The notes under the pieces were generated by a model that was given only the letters and a program-made list of their open reading frames with translations, had not been told where the DNA came from and made no database searches. The translations under genes and the position numbers were made by a program. Positions 49,363-59,763 of a stretch of 64,000 nucleotides of DNA are shown here, one piece after another; the stretch's first letter is position 1; each line of letters opens with the position of its first letter. This DNA is from a virus, in the IMG/VR virus record IMGVR_UViG_3300032240_002475, positions 32,001 to 96,000 of that record. One strand, given 5' to 3'.

Positions 49363-50159
49363 ATGATATTATTATCTTTTAAATCAAAAATGGGTATTGA
49401 AACCATTTTGTGTTTATTTTTTGTATTAAAGCTTAAGTAACTTGAAATTGCAGTCATTTCCGTCTGAGTTAATTTCAAATCATCTTCCCATTTTTTTAAA
49501 CCATATTCCATCACCCATTCTAAATGGTCGTAAGACACTCCAATTTGAGTTTCATCAACTCTGTTGTCATCCCATAAACCGTCAGTAGGCTCTGCATCAA
49601 TAATTTCTTGAGGAACATTTAAAAGTCTTCCCAACTCTCTAACTTCAGATTTGTATAGGTCTGCAATTGGAGATATGTCAACCCCGCCGTCACCGTACTT
49701 TGTATAAAATCCAACACCAAAATCCTCAACTTTATTTCCAGTACCAACCACAATACCGCTAACTGATGCAGCAATTTGATAGAGGGTAATCATTCTCAAT
49801 CTTGATTTTGTATTTGCAAATCCTAACTCTGAGTTGAATCTGTCAAACACTTTGTGAGATTTAAATGAAGTGAAAACTGAAGACAAATCAATATTATATC
49901 CTTCAACATTTGGGTATGTTTTGGTTAGTAATGCAATTTGTAAATCAGAAAGTCTTGTGTTTTCTAAATTCGAGTTTATTGGCATTCCTACAGCAATAGT
50001 TGGAATTCCAGTCTTAGCACAAAGAGTTGATACTACGGCAGAATCAATTCCACCAGAAACTCCAACAACTAAAACTTGTAAATTGTTTTCAGTTACATAA
50101 TTAACAATCCATTCTTGGATTTTGTTAGATAGGTTTTCGTAATCAATTATTCTATTCAT
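49359..50159 (-). CDS. nadE: NH3-dependent NAD+ synthetase
   Basis: GVSGGIDSAV, NTKSRLRM, GTGNKVE, GFYTKYGDG, PIADLYK, PTDGLW. Confidence 0.93.
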   Translation of the reverse strand: MNRIIDYENLSNKIQEWIVNYVTENNLQVLVVGVSGGIDSAVVSTLCAKTGIPTIAVGMPINSNLENTRLSDLQIALLTKTYPNVEGYNIDLSSVFTSFKSHKVFDRFNSELGFANTKSRLRMITLYQIAASVSGIVVGTGNKVEDFGVGFYTKYGDGGVDISPIADLYKSEVRELGRLLNVPQEIIDAEPTDGLWDDNRVDETQIGVSYDHLEWVMEYGLKKWEDDLKLTQTEMTAISSYLSFNTKNKHKMVSIPIFDLKDNNII

Positions 50160-51788
50160 TTATAAAATTTTTACGTATTCGTTTTTTATTTGTTGTGCAA
50201 CGTTAGCAGCATAATATTTTTCTATATCGGAAGGAGGGTCAAATTTTTCTTTTGAAAGGATAAACCCACCCGAATCAACTTTGTAAATCCAACTTGGTTT
50301 TCCACACATCCAACCTTCAATGGTTGTTCTACCTAATTGAATTCCCGCTGTTTCTTCACATTTAGAAATAAAGTTTTCAACAGACCATGTTGCTGGAAAA
50401 TGTTTAACATGAGGTTCAAATAAAACTTGTTGTAAGTAATTTGACTTATCTTCACCGACTAACCAAAGTTCTTTACCTTCTTTTTTGGTTCTTTCCATTA
50501 AATTTAAAATTGTTTCTTTCCTCAAGTAATCAATAGTGCCAACAAACAAAACTGAATTTTCAGACTTAACTGTAGGTTTTGGCTTGAATTTATCATTGTC
50601 TATTGGATTGTAAATAACCTCAACTTCTTCCTCAGGAATTTCAAACTTGTCTACAATGTAATCCTTAATTTCAGGTCTAATTGCAATATATTTTTTAATT
50701 GACTCATGCTTAATTGGGTCTTCCAATTCAATTACTTCAGAGTGGATTGAATATATTTTAGTTATTTCAGGATAGAATTGAATCATTCTTTCTGCAACAG
50801 GTTTATGTTGCATATGTATTATATCAAAATCAACTTCAGATACACGATATAAAACATTCTCCGTTGAAGGTTTAAATCCTTCTTGTGTATTAAATCCCCA
50901 CTTACCGTCTCCAAGTTTAAATCCAGGAGCATCTTCAAATGATAAACACTTAATACCTAATTTCTTAGCCATGTCGGTTAAAGGACCACCTATTTGTGAT
51001 AAAACAGTGACACTACAATTAAGTTTTTTTAATTCTTTGGCAAGTTCAAAAACATATAACTCAGAGCCAGTAAATGTTCTAAAATTTAAACATGATAATA
51101 AAACTTTAACTCTTGAGTTGGGGTCAAATGATAATTTAGTTGGTAAACTACCTTTATATTTTTCTGAAAATAATGTTCTATTTTTTTCCCATTGTTCATT
51201 TGTTTGTCCAATTGATTTATGGGTAATTCTTATGTTTGTTATAACACCAACTTTAACACCACTAATATGGTTTTCAAAACAAAAAGGAATATCATAAAAA
51301 TGAAATCCCTCAAACTCCTCAATAAAGTTATGTTTAATTCTTTTTTTGTGAATTGCAATAAACAATCCGTCAACAATTACTGTTTGTTTAATATTGTTAT
51401 TTAAATCATCAGCATATTTTGAAGTCCATTTTTTGCCTTCGCTTTCATGGTTTACAATACCAATCATTTTTCTTCTGTCTTCCCACCACATTCCACTTGA
51501 CGGCATATAGGTAGTCCCAGCCATTCCAATAATACCAAAATCACTTTTGTCAAAGTGTTTAACTAATTTATGGTACCAAGAATTTGTATCAAAGTATATG
51601 TCGTCATGACAAAGAACAACTATGTCAGTTTTTGCTTCCGACAAAATTTCATTGTATGTTTGAGCAAGAGATTTATCCCCGTTATTTATTTTTTCAATAA
51701 CTTCAATTTTTTTAAAACCTGAACTTTTTTTTAAGTATTCGATAAATTCTGGTTTGCTTTCTCTTGTTGAATATCCTACTGTAATCAT
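50160..51788 (-). CDS. bifunctional glycosyltransferase (GT-A N-terminal, GT-B C-terminal)
   Basis: CHDDI and FHFYD in the first domain; TGSELYVFELA, VIYNPID, GRTTIEGW in the second. Confidence 0.8.
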   Translation of the reverse strand: MITVGYSTRESKPEFIEYLKKSSGFKKIEVIEKINNGDKSLAQTYNEILSEAKTDIVVLCHDDIYFDTNSWYHKLVKHFDKSDFGIIGMAGTTYMPSSGMWWEDRRKMIGIVNHESEGKKWTSKYADDLNNNIKQTVIVDGLFIAIHKKRIKHNFIEEFEGFHFYDIPFCFENHISGVKVGVITNIRITHKSIGQTNEQWEKNRTLFSEKYKGSLPTKLSFDPNSRVKVLLSCLNFRTFTGSELYVFELAKELKKLNCSVTVLSQIGGPLTDMAKKLGIKCLSFEDAPGFKLGDGKWGFNTQEGFKPSTENVLYRVSEVDFDIIHMQHKPVAERMIQFYPEITKIYSIHSEVIELEDPIKHESIKKYIAIRPEIKDYIVDKFEIPEEEVEVIYNPIDNDKFKPKPTVKSENSVLFVGTIDYLRKETILNLMERTKKEGKELWLVGEDKSNYLQQVLFEPHVKHFPATWSVENFISKCEETAGIQLGRTTIEGWMCGKPSWIYKVDSGGFILSKEKFDPPSDIEKYYAANVAQQIKNEYVKIL

Positions 51789-51793
51789 ATTAA

Positions 51794-52414
51794 TTATTTA
51801 ATTCCTGTACTTCCAAATCCATTATCACCTCTTTCTTTTTCTGCGACTTTTTCAACTGGTTCTAAACTTACAAAACGTCCATTCATAACAGGACATAAAA
51901 CCGCCTGAGCAATTTTCATTCCTTTTGTAATTTTAACAGGACCATTTGATGAATTGAAAACAATAACTTTGATTTCACCATTGTAGCCTGAATCAACAGT
52001 ACCAGGCGTGTTCAAAACGGTTAACCCATAGTTTAACGCTAAACCACTTTTTGGTCTAACTTGAATTTCATATTCTTCAGGGATTGATAGTTTTATTCCC
52101 GTCGGGACAAGCGCTCTACCAAAAGCAACAATATCAATATCTTCAACAGAAGTAAGGTCGAAACCTGAGTCTGATGGGTAAGCATAGGTAGGAAATTTAG
52201 CATCTTCGTGTATAAGTTCAACTTGTAACGTTCTTGTTTTCATTGCAATTTCGGCTTCTCTATTCATTTCATCATAGGTCATACCAAATAATTGTTCTAA
52301 CTCTTTTTGATAATCTTCATCAACTTCAACACCAGATTCATTTTGAATATTTTGAAATTGCTCTTGTATTTGTGCCCATATTTCAGGACTTACTTGTGAT
52401 TCTAAACCTTGCAT
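51794..52414 (-). CDS. dut: trimeric dUTPase with an acidic N-terminal extension
   Basis: SGFDL, RPKSGLA, GTVDSGYNGE, IAQ, RGDNGFGSTG. Confidence 0.93.
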   Translation of the reverse strand: MQGLESQVSPEIWAQIQEQFQNIQNESGVEVDEDYQKELEQLFGMTYDEMNREAEIAMKTRTLQVELIHEDAKFPTYAYPSDSGFDLTSVEDIDIVAFGRALVPTGIKLSIPEEYEIQVRPKSGLALNYGLTVLNTPGTVDSGYNGEIKVIVFNSSNGPVKITKGMKIAQAVLCPVMNGRFVSLEPVEKVAEKERGDNGFGSTGIK

Positions 52415-53115
52415 TATTTTAATTGTTTTAATTTTTTAATTAAATCGATAAGGGCCACAACATCTTTTTCACAATATTTCACAATCCCTTCGATATTTTT
52501 ATCAGTCCAATATGCGTTATGAACTTTATTACCAGTAACCTCTGTATTTTTAGGTGATTCAACTCCCATACAAACACACATTAGTTCAAGAGATGCAAAT
52601 TGCCCATACCCACCATATTGCCAAATGTCTTTAGTATCAATTGCTTTAACCTCCCAAGGTTTTGTGTCATAACTTGGTAATAGTTTTGGTGGTTCTAAAC
52701 CATACATCATCATACGTTTAGCTAACGTTGGAATATCAAATCCTTTTACATTATGTCCACATAAGAAAAATCCTAAGTCTCCAGTACGATTTAATAGTTT
52801 CTGAACATCTTTAAGTAATTTTCCCTCATCTTCACTATGAAAAGATTGCATTTTAATTGTACCGTCATCCATAACAAATGCAACACTAACGCAAACTATC
52901 TTTAAGAATTCAGGTACCAATGCTGCTCTATTAACAAATAGGTCTTCAATTGGAGTGTCAGATTCCTCAGGGAATCTTTTTCTGATATTGTCTTGAATAT
53001 GTTCGAACTGAAATGAAAGTTCTTTTTTATTTTTTTTAAAGTTCTCCCAAGTAGATTCACATCCAACGGTTTCAATATCAAGAAATAATAATTTGGTTAA
53101 TGGTATGTTTATCAT
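52414..53115 (-). CDS. stand-alone DEDD 3'-5' exonuclease (PolB exo-like)
   Basis: FLDIETV, GHNVKGFDIP, YCEKDV. Confidence 0.85.
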   Translation of the reverse strand: MINIPLTKLLFLDIETVGCESTWENFKKNKKELSFQFEHIQDNIRKRFPEESDTPIEDLFVNRAALVPEFLKIVCVSVAFVMDDGTIKMQSFHSEDEGKLLKDVQKLLNRTGDLGFFLCGHNVKGFDIPTLAKRMMMYGLEPPKLLPSYDTKPWEVKAIDTKDIWQYGGYGQFASLELMCVCMGVESPKNTEVTGNKVHNAYWTDKNIEGIVKYCEKDVVALIDLIKKLKQLK

Positions 53116-54323
53116 AAGATTGATTTATAAAATTCCGCTCTCGCTTTTGTTACAATATTAAGGTCGTATTTGTCTTTTACTGTTTCGTAGAGTCTTTCAC
53201 CCATATCTTTTGCTAAGTTAGGATTTTTTACCAACTTTTCAATAAATTTTGCCCAATCAGAATGATTTCTATTTTCTTCAACTAACATTGCGTTTCCATC
53301 AACAAATTCACCGTGACTTAAACAATGTTTTAAATCTATAGTATATGGTCCTAAATTTGAAGCGATTAACGCTTTTTTGTAGAACCCAGCTTCAATAACT
53401 TTTAATTGAGACTTCATTCTGTTAAACATATGGTTCTTAATTGGAGAAAGTGAAACATCAAACTTAGAATAATTTTTTGCGTAAGATGTTACAGGTTTAG
53501 TCCAAACTCTTACATAAGCTTCGTTTAATTCATTCGGATAAGCGTCTTGACTATAATTTAATAAATTTTTCTTATAGTCATCTGATACTGTTGAATAATT
53601 TTGTGTAAAAATTTTCTCATAAGCAGCCCAAACTGTTTCTGCTGGTAATATATTTCTTTTTGTATGTTCTCCTGTTTGTGAATTAATTTCAGTAACAGTG
53701 CCTCTTGTATCAAATCCACAAAGTACGTATTGTAGTTTATCTTTTAATGAAGATACTTTGCTTAGACTTTGGTCTAATAATTGAATATCATGTAAATGGG
53801 AAGAACCTCCTAGCCAACCAATTCTTAATCTATCTGATTCTAACGTTGGTTCTTTGAATTGAGATTCGTTCGGATTAATTGCATTGGGGAATACAACAAC
53901 ATTTTTATTTAATTTTTTAATTTCATCCGCAAATAATTCTGTGGTTGTTGTTACGTATTTTGCGACTTTCAAATTAGCAACAATCTTTTCATTGATTTTG
54001 TTGAATTTAATAATATCGTGAATAGGATGTTCTTTTCCTGGCATCCAATAATCATCGATGTCAACAACAGTAATAACCCCTAATGAGTTTAACATTTGGA
54101 TTAGCCTATTTGCTTTTTCAAAATCTGGCCCAATACTTCTGTGACAAGCAACAATTTGATATTGTGTCCAAAAATTTACGTCATCATATGGAACATCATA
54201 CATTATGTCCACATGAAAATCGTCTCCGTAAAGATTTTGTAAAAAAATGTGAGGGTCTACTGACCTGAATTTACCCACACCAGTTCTATCTGAGGGTACT
54301 ACTAATACTTTGATTTTTGACAT
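53112..54323 (-). CDS. GT-B (GT4-like) glycosyltransferase
   Basis: TGVGKFRS, DIDDYW, IGWLGGSSH, FNRMKSQLKVIEAG; TATTTTTG at 54341-54348. Confidence 0.8.
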   Translation of the reverse strand: MSKIKVLVVPSDRTGVGKFRSVDPHIFLQNLYGDDFHVDIMYDVPYDDVNFWTQYQIVACHRSIGPDFEKANRLIQMLNSLGVITVVDIDDYWMPGKEHPIHDIIKFNKINEKIVANLKVAKYVTTTTELFADEIKKLNKNVVVFPNAINPNESQFKEPTLESDRLRIGWLGGSSHLHDIQLLDQSLSKVSSLKDKLQYVLCGFDTRGTVTEINSQTGEHTKRNILPAETVWAAYEKIFTQNYSTVSDDYKKNLLNYSQDAYPNELNEAYVRVWTKPVTSYAKNYSKFDVSLSPIKNHMFNRMKSQLKVIEAGFYKKALIASNLGPYTIDLKHCLSHGEFVDGNAMLVEENRNHSDWAKFIEKLVKNPNLAKDMGERLYETVKDKYDLNIVTKARAEFYKSIL

Positions 54324-54377
54324 GATTATATTTTATGTTCCAAAAATATAACAATTTAAGTCAAATAAAGAAAGTCG

Positions 54378-55001
54378 TTAAGCCAACTTTTTAATTTTGG
54401 TTACTTTACCTTCAAATACGTGTTTACCAACTTTGAAACTAAAAACTTCTTTTGAATTTTCAGAACTTTCAACTAATAATCCATTTTCTTCTAACGCTTC
54501 ATTAACTGCTTCACTAATCATTTTTTTAATTAATTTATAGTCTATTGAACTGTTAGGTTGTGATTGTTGTTGAACTTGTTTTGGTTTTGCAGATTCTGGA
54601 ACGTATCCTGAATCATTCCTTTTCATTAATCTTGATGCTTTTTCAATTAAATCATCGGATAATGTTGCAACAGGTTGTTGTTGTGGTTGAGAAATAGGAT
54701 GTTCCATCATCAACTTTTTTATTTCATCAGGTAACTTAGAATTTTTAATTGCATCAACTGTGGGATTTCCAACGGGCTTTGTGTTGACTCTTGGAAGTTC
54801 TGAAAGATACGGTTGATTAGATTGTGGGGCTTCTTGTAAGAATTCCTGTGGAATATTATATTTTACTTGAGGCATATCAAATTCTTGTAAAGATGTTGGA
54901 GGCAATCCTCCACCCATTCCACTACTACTTTTTCCAAATTTCGGACTATCCATAATTGCTTTAGATGCCGCTAGTCTGCTCATTAAATCGCTTTCGTTCA
55001 T
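54378..55001 (-). CDS. hypothetical protein
   Basis: 207 aa operon ORF. Confidence 0.7.
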   Translation of the reverse strand: MNESDLMSRLAASKAIMDSPKFGKSSSGMGGGLPPTSLQEFDMPQVKYNIPQEFLQEAPQSNQPYLSELPRVNTKPVGNPTVDAIKNSKLPDEIKKLMMEHPISQPQQQPVATLSDDLIEKASRLMKRNDSGYVPESAKPKQVQQQSQPNSSIDYKLIKKMISEAVNEALEENGLLVESSENSKEVFSFKVGKHVFEGKVTKIKKLA

Positions 55002-55005
55002 AATA

Positions 55006-55431
55006 TTAAACTGTTTGTTGTTCTGGAGTTGGTGGTTCTACAGGATTATTATCAAACTTTGCAATTGTAATAATACTAACCATGCTTTTATCTCCGTTAA
55101 AATTATAACCTGGATGGGGTTGATTGTAAACCTCACCAGTAGGCTTTAAGGATAAGATTTTATCTAATCTGAACAATCTCCATCCTGGTAATGGTTGTTC
55201 CCCTTTATATCCCGTATGGGAAGCTCCTTCACGGTCCCAACCTCTCATCACTAAATTACCAGCCTTACTTTTACCTAAAGCAACTGGTTCAACTTCACGT
55301 ATACCTCTACCACCTGGTTCGTCACCATCATAGTAAATTGTAATAACTTGTTTTCTATTGATTGCGTCTTGTACACTACCAATAGATGCTATTTCGCAAA
55401 TTAAACCTTTAAGTGATTCGTTTAATTTCAT
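55006..55431 (-). CDS. stand-alone WYL-domain protein
   Basis: AINRKQVITIYY, REVEPVALG, RGW, WRLFRLDKI. Confidence 0.75.
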   Translation of the reverse strand: MKLNESLKGLICEIASIGSVQDAINRKQVITIYYDGDEPGGRGIREVEPVALGKSKAGNLVMRGWDREGASHTGYKGEQPLPGWRLFRLDKILSLKPTGEVYNQPHPGYNFNGDKSMVSIITIAKFDNNPVEPPTPEQQTV

Positions 55432-55724
55432 TAGAAATTAGGGTAAGTTTTTGACGAGTTAAATTTATTTATTTTGATTTCACTTTTTCTTTCTACAATA
55501 TCATCGATTGTTCCAGCATTAACATTGTAAACATCTAAAAAAGCTCCAGTTCCTCTACCCATAGAATCACCATCAGCAACAGCATCTCTGTTTACTGCGG
55601 AATATGGATTACCTGCCGCGTTATAATCGTTTTTAGGAATTAACTTAGCTCTTTCGGCATCTGCGGCTGCAGTCAATGCATTTGGTTCGTTCTGAGTTAA
55701 ATCTACTGTTATTTCTTGTGCCAT
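55431..55724 (-). CDS. hypothetical protein, possibly structural
   Basis: operon ORF. Confidence 0.65.
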   Translation of the reverse strand: MAQEITVDLTQNEPNALTAAADAERAKLIPKNDYNAAGNPYSAVNRDAVADGDSMGRGTGAFLDVYNVNAGTIDDIVERKSEIKINKFNSSKTYPNF

Positions 55725-55726
55725 AA

Positions 55727-56203
55727 TTATAGTTTTGAAATTATTTCGTTTATTCTTTTAAGGCTTTCGGTAACCGCTGCATTATACCTATCAACAGTTT
55801 TGGTGTGTTCTTGAGAAGGTCTTACATTATTAAAGTTTTTCTTTTCATGAGGTTTTAAGAACTGATTCTGCATTCCAGCGTTCATCTTATTTGTTTTAGT
55901 CATTTTATTGTAATCCCTCATTTTTCTCAATTCATCATTAACCCAATTTTTCATTTCAACTCCACCATTAAGAATGAATGGAGATTCGTTGTGGTTACCT
56001 TTAAAATTATCAAAAAAGTTTTTTATTCTTTTTAATTGTTTATATTCAATAAAGTTTTGACTTTGTAATTCCTTATTTCTGTTGAATCCTTCAGTATTTT
56101 CATCAGCACCTTTAACCATATGGAAACATTTTTTCATGTGTTCCTGTTTGTCTTTAGGAAATTCAATTTCCCCTTTGGCCGAGTTATATAAATCGTTATT
56201 CAC
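55727..56203 (-). CDS. hypothetical protein
   Basis: operon ORF; C-terminal VTESLKRINEII. Confidence 0.65.
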   Translation of the reverse strand: MNNDLYNSAKGEIEFPKDKQEHMKKCFHMVKGADENTEGFNRNKELQSQNFIEYKQLKRIKNFFDNFKGNHNESPFILNGGVEMKNWVNDELRKMRDYNKMTKTNKMNAGMQNQFLKPHEKKNFNNVRPSQEHTKTVDRYNAAVTESLKRINEIISKL

Positions 56204-56993
56204 TTTTTAATAGTTTAATTAATTCAGAAATTGACAATCCTTCTTTTTCTGCTTGTCTTTTTAAACTTGATATATTTTTCTTTAATATTTTAGATGCGTC
56301 AAGTTCTTTTTTAGATACATCTGCATTATCAGAGTTTTTATTTTTCATTAAAAGGTCCTCGACCATTTTGATTGCCTTTTGTCTTTGAATTTCACTTATT
56401 GTGATTTTCATATCAGACCCTGGCATTTTTTTCTTTTTCTTAAATGGATTTTTACCTTGTTGTTTAACTCTTTCTTGAGCGTCATCAGGTTCCATATCCA
56501 TCTTTTTTATTAAATATTTGTAGGCCTCTGGTCCATCTAAATCTTTTGTTTCCTCATAGCCAAATGCGCCTGACATATCAATTTCATCAAGTTCTTCTTC
56601 AACAGATTCACCATAATAAGTCCTGTATCCACGAGAAATTGGGTCATTAGTAATTCTTGAAGCAGCAACCGTTTGGTCCATAGTTTTTTTAGGGTGAAGT
56701 TTTGGGTCAAGGATTGGAATCTTAGAGTTTGACATACTTCCATCCGCATTTACCAATTCCTCTAAATCAGTTTTTAAAGTTTTAGTATCCTTAACTTTTT
56801 TTTCTTTTGCAACTTTTTTTAAATGTTTTTTTACTTTTTCTCCCTTTTCTTTTTTGAAGTGAATAACCTCATCTTTTTTACGAGCTTCAGTCAAAGTTTC
56901 CTCTACAGAGAAATATAAAGAATATTTGTCTCCTTTATCTCTCAAAAGAAAATAGTATGGGGATGAATAAAATTCACTATCTGTAGTAATCAT
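56196..56993 (-). CDS. hypothetical protein
   Basis: start moved to MITTDSEF (ATG 56993) after TATTTAT at 57009-57015. Confidence 0.65.
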   Translation of the reverse strand: MITTDSEFYSSPYYFLLRDKGDKYSLYFSVEETLTEARKKDEVIHFKKEKGEKVKKHLKKVAKEKKVKDTKTLKTDLEELVNADGSMSNSKIPILDPKLHPKKTMDQTVAASRITNDPISRGYRTYYGESVEEELDEIDMSGAFGYEETKDLDGPEAYKYLIKKMDMEPDDAQERVKQQGKNPFKKKKKMPGSDMKITISEIQRQKAIKMVEDLLMKNKNSDNADVSKKELDASKILKKNISSLKRQAEKEGLSISELIKLLKSE

Positions 56994-57007
56994 CTGTTCT
57001 TTTAATC

Positions 57008-57035
57008 TATAAATACTCTGACACAAGGTATTTAT
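57008..57035. promoter_or_regulatory. back-to-back divergent TATTTAT elements (putative late promoters)
   Basis: minus-strand copy 57009-57015 and plus-strand copy 57029-57035, each just upstream of an ATG. Confidence 0.7.
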
Positions 57036-57044
57036 CATTAGTTT

Positions 57045-59762
57045 ATGGCATATCAAAACATTAATCAATATAATTTTAGAGGTTGGGGGATTAAACCACT
57101 CAATGAAGTAACCGATATTTGTTTAGCATCGGATGAGAAAGACTACGACCAAGAGGTAGTATTTTCACCATTATTGATTGGTGAGGACGATGGTAATAGA
57201 ATGCCATTTAAGTTTGACCTTAATAGTTCAGGAACAACAAAGTGTCAAACAGAAGTTTGTACTTTTGATGATGACACTATTGTATCTGAAAATTATTGGA
57301 ATCCTGACTTAATTGACCCTAACTTCTGTCCAATTGTTACAAATTTATGTGACGTTGGATTAACAGGTATTGATAATGGATTGGTTAAGAATATGTCAGG
57401 TGAGACAATTCAAATCACCACAGGTCTTTACGAAACAAAATCAGATAAGTTTAGTAGATACAAATATGATAGGAGAATGAAAATGCATCCTATCACAGGT
57501 TTTACAACAACTGAAAACAGATTATGGAATGATGGGTCTTACAACTATGACATGTCCTATACAACCGATGGAGGACCAGTTGGATATTTTGCAAGATTGA
57601 GTGGTGGATTCTATCAAGGGTTTTATAAAATACCCGAATATAGTTACCAAGTTTTTCCTGAAAGAGTTAATTTAGGCTGGACAGCCGAGTTTATGTTGAG
57701 ATATAGATGGACGGGGGACACTAATGTAGGGTTAAATGTTCGCTACCCTGACAATAAAGGTACGTTCTTTTATATGGGTGCAAGAGCGGAAAATAAATTC
57801 TACCACTATGCTGACGGAGAACCAAAACAAGATACAGAATACACAAGAGTAACTTCAGGTTTAACTTGTATGCACACTTGTGGTTGTGCTAGTTCGGCAA
57901 ATACATCATCACAATGTTTACAAGTGTATCAACCATCAGGTGGTACAATAACTCACTGTACTTGTGGTTGTCCTTGTGATTGTCAAACCAAAGCCAAATA
58001 TCCTGAAAAAGACCCATTATATGATGAGGTGTCAAACGGATTATCATTAAGACTTAGTGGTGACACAGGAAACCCAAGACTATGTGTTAAGACATATAGA
58101 ATCACAGGAGGGTGTGAACATAGCGGGACTTGTCTTACAGGTTTGACTTATCACACAGGTACATCTGTAACTGAATGGTGTTCAACAAGAGGAATCTTTG
58201 ACGACTGTAGCGGAACAACATATCAAAATGTAGAGCATTGGGTTCAGATTGATGCTGTGTTCCAAAGATATGAATGGTTAGATAAGTGTGACCTTTATGA
58301 TAAAGGGGGTTTGGGTTTACTTGTTAAAGATACGTATTTTGCTACAATAGAAGACAGAAGTGTTACTTTAATTGAACCTCCATTGACTCATGAACAACCT
58401 TACGACCCACCAAGTACTGAGGTTGTTACGTTTAACGACATGTGGACGGTAGAACAAAAGTATAGATTGGGAACTCTTAAATTTTATGTGAATGGTAAAC
58501 TATTCATGGTCACAGAAAACTTTGAAGAAATTATACCAAGACTTCTTAATGTTGAAAAAGAAAAACAAATTGGGGTTGGGTACAACATCTCTGTCGGTGG
58601 AGGTACACAAGGTCTACACGACAACTTAACTTTCTCAGGAGGATGTCCTGCAGAATTGAGTGGAATCACTTACCAACAAGACCCTGAGTGTTTAACAACT
58701 CACGACCTTAACCATACTGAATATTCAGGTCTTACAACACAGATAAGATTAGAAGAAATTTTTGGTGGTAGTATGGTTGGAGATATTAGTGCATTCAGAA
58801 TGTATACTGAACCATTAAATGCATCTCAAATTAGACACAATTTTAGAATATTAAAAAGTAGATATAATCTATTAGACCCTAACTGTTTGAATTGTAGAAT
58901 TACCATACCAAATGGTGATTTGATTTACATACAAATACCATGTAATGATTTACTTTACATGTCAGTGCCGTGTAATGACTTAGGTTACGTATTATACCCG
59001 TGTCCAACAAATACTCCAACACAAACAATAACACCAACAAATACTCCAACTAATACTGAAACTCCGACAAATACTCCAACTAATACACCAACTAATACAG
59101 AAACACCTACAAACACACCAACAATAGGTGCAACTCAAACACCTTCAATAACCCCAACTAACACTAACACCCAAACCCCTACGTCAACAATTCCTGCAAC
59201 ACCTACACCAACTCCAACATTTGTACCATATATTCCTGGTAGTTTTACTTTTGATGCTGATTATATTGTATTAACATATGCTTTCAATGACGGAACAGAT
59301 TTGGATACAAGAACAAGAGTTACTGTACCCGACATAGGTCAAAATAATTTATCTGACTACATCGGTTGGTGTTGTTCTGAACAATGGCCACAGGTAGGAA
59401 ATCCAATTTTAACTTGGGGTGGAGACAATACAGGACAAGGGTTTGAATCCGTATTAATTGATTTGATACAATTCAAGTTAGATTATCCTGGCCAAAATAT
59501 CATAACAATCAATGCAAACGCTGGTTGGTATGGAACTGTGGGCACTAACCCTGTTTATATTCAAGCTAAATTGTATAAAGGAGGTACTATGGTTGCGGTT
59601 CCTGATGAATATACATTTGTCAACGAAGGATACACTGCATCATATGGGGCAATTTCTACAGGACAAGTTGTTACGTTGGATTTATTTACCAGTTGTGTTG
59701 ATGGTCAAGACGTAAGAAGTTTAGAATATAATTTATCAAATTATAACGGAAGATTTATTTAA
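57045..59762 (+). CDS. large Cys-rich virion protein with LamG-like region and Thr/Pro mucin-like linker
   Basis: [29 protein letters not shown]; CTCGCPCDC cluster; TP repeats at about 59000-59220. Confidence 0.7.
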   Translation: MAYQNINQYNFRGWGIKPLNEVTDICLASDEKDYDQEVVFSPLLIGEDDGNRMPFKFDLNSSGTTKCQTEVCTFDDDTIVSENYWNPDLIDPNFCPIVTNLCDVGLTGIDNGLVKNMSGETIQITTGLYETKSDKFSRYKYDRRMKMHPITGFTTTENRLWNDGSYNYDMSYTTDGGPVGYFARLSGGFYQGFYKIPEYSYQVFPERVNLGWTAEFMLRYRWTGDTNVGLNVRYPDNKGTFFYMGARAENKFYHYADGEPKQDTEYTRVTSGLTCMHTCGCASSANTSSQCLQVYQPSGGTITHCTCGCPCDCQTKAKYPEKDPLYDEVSNGLSLRLSGDTGNPRLCVKTYRITGGCEHSGTCLTGLTYHTGTSVTEWCSTRGIFDDCSGTTYQNVEHWVQIDAVFQRYEWLDKCDLYDKGGLGLLVKDTYFATIEDRSVTLIEPPLTHEQPYDPPSTEVVTFNDMWTVEQKYRLGTLKFYVNGKLFMVTENFEEIIPRLLNVEKEKQIGVGYNISVGGGTQGLHDNLTFSGGCPAELSGITYQQDPECLTTHDLNHTEYSGLTTQIRLEEIFGGSMVGDISAFRMYTEPLNASQIRHNFRILKSRYNLLDPNCLNCRITIPNGDLIYIQIPCNDLLYMSVPCNDLGYVLYPCPTNTPTQTITPTNTPTNTETPTNTPTNTPTNTETPTNTPTIGATQTPSITPTNTNTQTPTSTIPATPTPTPTFVPYIPGSFTFDADYIVLTYAFNDGTDLDTRTRVTVPDIGQNNLSDYIGWCCSEQWPQVGNPILTWGGDNTGQGFESVLIDLIQFKLDYPGQNIITINANAGWYGTVGTNPVYIQAKLYKGGTMVAVPDEYTFVNEGYTASYGAISTGQVVTLDLFTSCVDGQDVRSLEYNLSNYNGRFI

Positions 59763-59763
59763 T

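Noticed and set aside
36507-54323. Bacterial O-antigen/capsule locus or chimeric assembly
   Set aside because: No export or polymerase genes; contiguous with the phage sigma, phoH and dut, and flanked by phage late genes
57008-57015. Canonical T4 late promoter TATAAATA driving the gene at 57045
   Set aside because: Better read as the minus-strand TATTTAT of the divergent gene; 57045 has its own copy and other late genes lack sense TATAAATA
56994-57068. N-terminal extension of ORF 56196..57068
   Set aside because: It would span both promoter motifs and overlap the divergent gene; ATG 56993 is more plausible
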